Translations under genes and position numbers: made by a program
In this document: positions 17,883 through 22,902 of the stretch, piece by piece
Layout of the letters: each line of letters opens with the position of its first letter
Position numbering within the stretch: position 1 is the stretch's first letter
Assembly (NCBI GenBank): GCA_964590575.1
Contig: CAZPWM010000047.1
Span: forward strand, 1 to 22,902
Reading direction: 5' to 3'
Origin: an uncultured archaeon
GTDB taxonomy: Archaea > Asgardarchaeota > Thorarchaeia > Thorarchaeales > Thorarchaeaceae
Length of the DNA stretch: 22,902 nucleotides
The notes under the pieces: model-generated
Seen by the model: only the letters and a program-made list of their open reading frames with translations
Databases searched by the model: none
Told to the model about the DNA's origin: nothing

Positions 17883-18725
17883 GTGAGTGTTGAGCTTCCA
17901 GAAGCACAGATACTTGCAGAACAGATGACAAACACACTTCTGGAGAAGAAGGTTAAGTCTTATGATATTCAAGACTCTGACAAGCTTCAAAAAATTGGTT
18001 TTATGAACAAGGATCTGAAGGATTATGAAAGACTTGTTGGATGTACGGTCAAGTCAATCGCACAGCGTGGTAACACGATTCGGATTCAAATGAATAAGAA
18101 GATGAATCTTGTTTTATGTCCCGATTATGGTGCAAGCATCCTCTTTCACAAGAATGAGAATACACTTCCTAAGAAGCACCATTTTAAAATTGAATTCACC
18201 GATGGAACATACTTGACAGTCAGACAAACGGGTATGGGGCTTGTCTATTCGGCCACCGATCAAGAGGTCAAAGGGCTCTATGTAATCAAGCGGGATTTCT
18301 CAGAGGTACCATCACCAGTGGGAGAGCACGACTTTACGTTTGAGCGCTTTTCAGAATTAATTGATGCAAAAAATCAGAACATTAAGGCAGCAATTGTTGG
18401 GAAGACTGCTGTTGTGGTGGGTTTGAGCAATGCTGCGTTTCAGGAAATCATATACAACGCTGGAATCCACCCAAAGAGAAACACATCAACTCTCACTGAT
18501 GATGAGAAGTATAACGTTTATGACTCAATGAAACAGATTCTTAATGAACGAATTTGCTCAGGTGGGAAAGACAACTGGGTAAACCTCTACGGTGAGTCGG
18601 GTCGGCATACGCCAGTCATGGGATCAAACATGAAAGAGAAGAAATGTCCAAAATGCGGAGCTTCGATAGACAAGATTGCACATGGTGGAGGACAAGTCTT
18701 CTTTTGTCCTCATTGTCAGAGATGA
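17883..18725 (+). CDS. Fpg/Nei-family (H2TH plus C4 zinc finger) DNA glycosylase homolog with non-canonical active site
   Basis: N-terminal xELPE, H2TH region GLSNAAFQEIIYNAGIHP, and C-terminal CPKC...FFCPHCQ. Confidence 0.85.
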   Translation: MSVELPEAQILAEQMTNTLLEKKVKSYDIQDSDKLQKIGFMNKDLKDYERLVGCTVKSIAQRGNTIRIQMNKKMNLVLCPDYGASILFHKNENTLPKKHHFKIEFTDGTYLTVRQTGMGLVYSATDQEVKGLYVIKRDFSEVPSPVGEHDFTFERFSELIDAKNQNIKAAIVGKTAVVVGLSNAAFQEIIYNAGIHPKRNTSTLTDDEKYNVYDSMKQILNERICSGGKDNWVNLYGESGRHTPVMGSNMKEKKCPKCGASIDKIAHGGGQVFFCPHCQR

Positions 18726-18749
18726 GCAGTTCTGCAGAGTTATGGAAAG

Positions 18750-20021
18750 TTACAGATATTCTGCTTTCTGTTTGTTTGCAAGATGAATATGCCTCAAGAC
18801 TACGAACAGCAGGATAGAACTCAATAACATCCCGATTCCTGCAACAAAATAGACGACACGTAAACTGTCTGATAGTTCCCAAATTAGTGCTCCGAAAAGT
18901 TGACCAAAAATTGCAAAAACGCCCATCAGGAAATCATAGGTTCCCAAAGCACGTCCTTTTGTTTCCTTAGATACAGATAGAACGATGATACTTCTCTCTG
19001 CTCCAATCCAGAGTACAAAGGGAATTGCCCAAAAGAAATTGATGGCATACATCATCAGTGCGCCACTACCGAAACTGAACCATATGAAAATGAAACCATT
19101 CCCTATCACTCCGGTAAGGAGGGCACGTTTAAGGTTTCGATCTGCAAAGGTGCTTGCAGGATACATAGCTAATGCTGCAGTCAGTGAAAAGAGACTCCAT
19201 GTCAGACCATAAGTGATGTCATCGACGTTCCACCACCCCACACTCAAGTTTCCGAGATAGGGAGTCGATGAGGTCCAGCAGAAATACATACCAAGCATGG
19301 CAAAAGTCACTAACCAGAACTCGCGACCCAGCCTACGGAAAGCAATCTTGGGTCCAGCACGGGCTTTTTTGATGACTTCGGATCCTAATGATTCATTAAT
19401 GAGGACAACTGCAGAAACGAATGATAGAATCGAGGCAAAAGCACCAATCAGGTGTAGGTCTCCAGATTGAAATCCTCTGCTCAAGAGAAACGTGCCAACA
19501 AGGGGACCAAATGCATCAACAAACCAGAGAGGCATCATAACCATCATTAGACGTCTTGCAGGATAACTACCATCGTCAGCTGCTATCTCATCTGCGGGCA
19601 TCGCTCTCGCCATGAGCCGGGCAGTACTCATGCCAAACCATACCAGACCATATTGAATTGGCACAATAGGCCAAATTGGGAAGTATGACAATGTTATGAG
19701 TCCAATGGTGACCGGAATGAACCCCATCGCAATAGTCCATCGGCGACCAATGAAATCAGCAATGTAACCCGCAAAACCACTCGAAAGGAGACCTGTAAGA
19801 GTAGCCACAGAGAATACAACGCCTAGTTGCCAAGGCTCAAAAAGGAGGGTTTCCTCCAAGAAGATACCAAACTCCCATTTCCAGAGAGAAGTGGAAAACT
19901 GAGCAATAGCAATAACAGCAGCCACTCTCCACAGGTTTGGACTTAGACCAAGTCTGCCTGGACGTGTACGGGGGTCCACTTCTGCTAGATGCTCATCAGC
20001 AGTCCTCTCGCTTTCGGTCAT
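18750..20021 (-). CDS. MFS transporter
   Basis: Motif A GYIADFIGRR, about 12 TM helices, KETKGRALG. ATG 20021 follows GAGG; the ORF track extends to 20054. Confidence 0.9.
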   Translation of the reverse strand: MTESERTADEHLAEVDPRTRPGRLGLSPNLWRVAAVIAIAQFSTSLWKWEFGIFLEETLLFEPWQLGVVFSVATLTGLLSSGFAGYIADFIGRRWTIAMGFIPVTIGLITLSYFPIWPIVPIQYGLVWFGMSTARLMARAMPADEIAADDGSYPARRLMMVMMPLWFVDAFGPLVGTFLLSRGFQSGDLHLIGAFASILSFVSAVVLINESLGSEVIKKARAGPKIAFRRLGREFWLVTFAMLGMYFCWTSSTPYLGNLSVGWWNVDDITYGLTWSLFSLTAALAMYPASTFADRNLKRALLTGVIGNGFIFIWFSFGSGALMMYAINFFWAIPFVLWIGAERSIIVLSVSKETKGRALGTYDFLMGVFAIFGQLFGALIWELSDSLRVVYFVAGIGMLLSSILLFVVLRHIHLANKQKAEYL

Positions 20022-20099
20022 AAGGTTGCCTCGGAAACTTATTTGCACGAACACGACCGTCTTAAGTCAGTGTCGATGACTGCCAAGAAGTCTGAAGTA

Positions 20100-20111
20100 A
20101 TTTCATGAAAT
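20100..20111. promoter_or_regulatory. Perfect 12-bp palindrome upstream of the MFS gene, candidate operator
   Basis: ATTTCATGAAAT, about 80 nt before the MFS ATG. Confidence 0.3.
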
Positions 20112-20114
20112 ATC

Positions 20115-20145
20115 ATTGCCGCTGATTGGTACAATGAGCGGCAAT
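20115..20145. terminator. Extended hairpin right after the DUF998 stop codon
   Basis: ATTGCCGCT-g-ATTG-gta-CAAT-g-AGCGGCAAT (9 bp + mismatch + 4 bp). Confidence 0.55.
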
Positions 20146-20147
20146 CG

Positions 20148-20756
20148 TCATTGTTCTCTGTTTTTTAATTTCATGCTGTCGAATGCAATGAGTCCGACAA
20201 AGAGAAGTGAACCAAAAACCGTGTACCACTCAGTCAAGGGACCACCTACTGTTAGTGCAAAAGCAAGACTAGAGAATGTAATTCCTAAGCCATATGCCCC
20301 AATCAGCTTATTGAATGATGGATTCAGCAAGAGGGCTATATTGATGAGAATAAGCACAAAGAAGATTATCGTGAAGAATGTGCTTGATGCAGTCATGTGT
20401 GGGTCTCCCTGGTCTTCAGAGAAGACACCAATGGACAGCAGTGCAAAACCTGAGGCAACACCAAGTATCTGCCCAATTATCATGATTGATTTTTGAATTA
20501 GACTCTCAGTAAACCAATTCCTCAATCCTATGAAGAATGGGACCAACGCCAATCCTGTCAATATACAGCCCCAGTTATAGAAATTCGCTCCAAATGGACT
20601 ATAGTTGAAATTACCAAGGCGACTCAGATAGTGGGTAATTGGACCGTAAGGATTGGGATAAAAAGCCCATGAAACCATTGTGAAGACACAGTAAAGAAGA
20701 ATGACAAAAGCTCCACTGATTGTGATTAACGGAACTTTATGAATATTGAACCCCAT
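20148..20756 (-). CDS. DUF998-like integral membrane protein
   Basis: YLSRLGN...P.GA.FYN.G, GVFSED...H motifs and 5-6 TM helices. Confidence 0.75.
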   Translation of the reverse strand: MGFNIHKVPLITISGAFVILLYCVFTMVSWAFYPNPYGPITHYLSRLGNFNYSPFGANFYNWGCILTGLALVPFFIGLRNWFTESLIQKSIMIIGQILGVASGFALLSIGVFSEDQGDPHMTASSTFFTIIFFVLILINIALLLNPSFNKLIGAYGLGITFSSLAFALTVGGPLTEWYTVFGSLLFVGLIAFDSMKLKNREQ

Positions 20757-20800
20757 GGTCCCTACTACTGCAGTTCATCCTAATAAAATCAAGCAGATAC

Positions 20801-22060
20801 TCAAATAACGGGGACGGATATTAGAAATGCAACACCTCGTCTTTCCTTCTCCTCAAGAAGTTCAATTGTACCGCCATATGACTCTACAATTCTCTTTGAT
20901 AGATATAGACCGAGACCCTTTCCCTCACCTTTTGTTGTTATACCCTTTTGGAAAATCTTATGCCTAATGCTCAGGTCAACACCGGGTCCGTTATCTCGAT
21001 ATGTGATAATCAATTGTTTCTCCACGAGACCTATACGAATGGTTACAACTGCGCTCTCACCAGCATAATCAGCAGTGTTCCTCAGAAGGTTCTCTAATAC
21101 TAGAGGGAGCAGAATTCCTGGTCTAATGTCTGCTGAGCGAATATCAGGTTCGATGAGGAGACTGACATTGGCACCATCGCTAGCGTGTTTTGCTCTATTG
21201 GCCATAGTTTGAACAGTTTCGAGAAAATCATATGCGCTTGCTTTCCCGACTACAGAGAATAATTTGATAACACGCGACATTCTCTCGCTCACTGCAAGAG
21301 AAGTCGTTAGATATGACTGCTTATCCGGTGGGACATTCATTGTTTCATTGAGTAATTCGATGTGCCCCCGGACAATTTGCATATCATTACCAAGATCATG
21401 TGTTAACACAGATGTATAAACCTCAAGTTCTCTCTGACGTTGTTCCAAGAATTTTTTGTGTTCCTCTAGTTCTGCTATATAATAATTTAGAGCCCATGTG
21501 AAGAACAGAACGACTATAGATATTGCTGCTTGATCTATGATAGGTTCTAATGCAATTTGAAGGTCAATAAGTGGGTGAAGAGAGCAGTAGGAAAACAACC
21601 CTACTGTTTCACCTGTTATAAGCACTGCTTCCGAAAGAGATGATAGCCACTGACTACCAAATAGAGCAGCAATTACAGGCCAGATGATGATATTCAATGC
21701 AAGTCGTAAAGGCTCCCGATTGAAATCTACAAGCAAAAACAAGTATGGCATTAACGCTAAGGTCAATGTCATAACTGTTCCAGCAATCATAACATACTTG
21801 GTCCTACTAATTAAGTAAAGGACAAAGAAGACAGACGTTGAGAAGAAAAATATCGGAATATTTTCTAGCAAAATTCCAAGTAGAAGTTGAATCGCTGGTA
21901 GGATAATCACAATCAATAGAAGAGCAAATGATAGAATTCTAGCTTTGACACGAACAACATCTGATTTAATGACCTCTGATGGTTCAATGAGGAGCTGACG
22001 AATCTTGTGAATAATAGTGTTCACTTCTGATTCGATTTCATCTTCAGTCATTTGCTGCAA
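20801..22060 (-). CDS. Membrane-bound sensor histidine kinase (HisKA + HATPase_c)
   Basis: H-box THDLGN, N-box ENLLRN, G1 DNGPG, F-box IFQKG, G2 GKGLGL, and a multi-TM N-terminus. Start is TTG 22060 or ATG 22051. Confidence 0.92.
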   Translation of the reverse strand: MQQMTEDEIESEVNTIIHKIRQLLIEPSEVIKSDVVRVKARILSFALLLIVIILPAIQLLLGILLENIPIFFFSTSVFFVLYLISRTKYVMIAGTVMTLTLALMPYLFLLVDFNREPLRLALNIIIWPVIAALFGSQWLSSLSEAVLITGETVGLFSYCSLHPLIDLQIALEPIIDQAAISIVVLFFTWALNYYIAELEEHKKFLEQRQRELEVYTSVLTHDLGNDMQIVRGHIELLNETMNVPPDKQSYLTTSLAVSERMSRVIKLFSVVGKASAYDFLETVQTMANRAKHASDGANVSLLIEPDIRSADIRPGILLPLVLENLLRNTADYAGESAVVTIRIGLVEKQLIITYRDNGPGVDLSIRHKIFQKGITTKGEGKGLGLYLSKRIVESYGGTIELLEEKERRGVAFLISVPVI

Positions 22061-22158
22061 ATTCCACGCGATTATTCTTCAATTCCAAAGAGAGTTTTAC
22101 ATGTAAGCTTTAGTAGGTTATCCACAAATCGACTCACTAGTTGAATATAAGGAACAAT

Positions 22159-22902
22159 TCAATCCTTGAGAAGTCGAGGTATAAACCTCCACGCTGCGAA
22201 GACCAAAGCTAAAACTATCACACCTTGGCCAATTAGACTGAAGACCTGTGACCCTGTGGCTAGCATGATTAAGCCATATCCGACTAAAGGTGAGATTCCA
22301 ACCAGCGCTCCGACAGCACCAGAGAGGAATCCCATTGCCTGGTCAGATGTTATGTTAACAGCAACGGCACGGCCTCCACCTCTCACCTTGAAAACTACAC
22401 CTCCAACCAACATTCCTACTGCATACCCACAGGGCAATTGGACAATAGGTATCAGGACTAATAGAGGGGATATTGGTGAATTGATCAGGATGACAATATC
22501 CAAAGCGAGCATGCTTAGAATATAAGGAACCATCATAATCATAGTTTTTGATCTCAAGATCAATTTGGAACTCACGGGGAGCCCTTCATGAACTGATGCA
22601 CCCTGAGTATCAAACATCAGTATAGACACTAGTGAAATCCCACCAAACAGATTAGCATATTCGACAGCGGTGAGCGCGGCCATGCTCCTAAGCAAACCAG
22701 CAGTCTTCCAGTACTGGAGCATGGGAAAAAGTATAATGATTAGGAATATCGGTATTGCAAAGATAAATGCCGAACCGATGTTCCGAGTTGCCAATTTTAG
22801 ATCTTTCCGAATCATTGCTCGAAGTGGACCTACTGAATTCACCGACACCTCACGCATGGACCTAGGTTTGCTTGTTGAGATTCCACCTAGCGTAACAGAT
22901 CT
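22159..22902 (-). CDS. C-terminal half of a multi-TM permease (ABC-2-like), truncated by the window end
   Basis: Frame is open to the edge (RSVTLGGISTSKPRSM...). AMIRKDLK..TR and GLPVSSK.I..SK motifs, about 6 TM helices. Confidence 0.7.
   Translation of the reverse strand, partial: RSVTLGGISTSKPRSMREVSVNSVGPLRAMIRKDLKLATRNIGSAFIFAIPIFLIIILFPMLQYWKTAGLLRSMAALTAVEYANLFGGISLVSILMFDTQGASVHEGLPVSSKLILRSKTMIMMVPYILSMLALDIVILINSPISPLLVLIPIVQLPCGYAVGMLVGGVVFKVRGGGRAVAVNITSDQAMGFLSGAVGALVGISPLVGYGLIMLATGSQVFSLIGQGVIVLALVFAAWRFIPRLLKD

Noticed and set aside
629-22525. Remaining short ORFs in the track nested in or antisense to long genes
   Set aside because: They overlap well-supported CDSs and carry no motifs. 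629..850 holds only a faint trace of the ycaQ remnant.

Overview
Gene-dense, probably archaeal window. Glycosylation-rich beta-helix surface proteins with C-terminal anchors, an LRR remnant and a membrane-tethered wHTH regulator suggest an Asgard archaeon, possibly Thorarchaeia; this is inference only. The left third holds three cell-surface protein genes interleaved with two copies of a YcaQ-like (HTH_42) DNA glycosylase, one intact and one internally deleted. An AlkD glycosylase follows. Next is a Cys-rich DUF3795-type gene that the ORF track splits in two but which is one reading frame with a single in-frame TAG. The remainder encodes an ABC-2 exporter, an unannotated LRR remnant, DUF3160 divergent from the wHTH regulator, a nitroreductase, a non-canonical Fpg/Nei protein, an MFS transporter, DUF998, an orphan histidine kinase and a partial permease. 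No rRNA, tRNA, CRISPR array or transposase was seen. The most notable points are the amber-interrupted gene, three unrelated DNA glycosylase superfamilies within about 18 kb, an Fpg/Nei homolog lacking canonical catalytic residues, and the ycaQ duplication bracketing a surface-protein gene.
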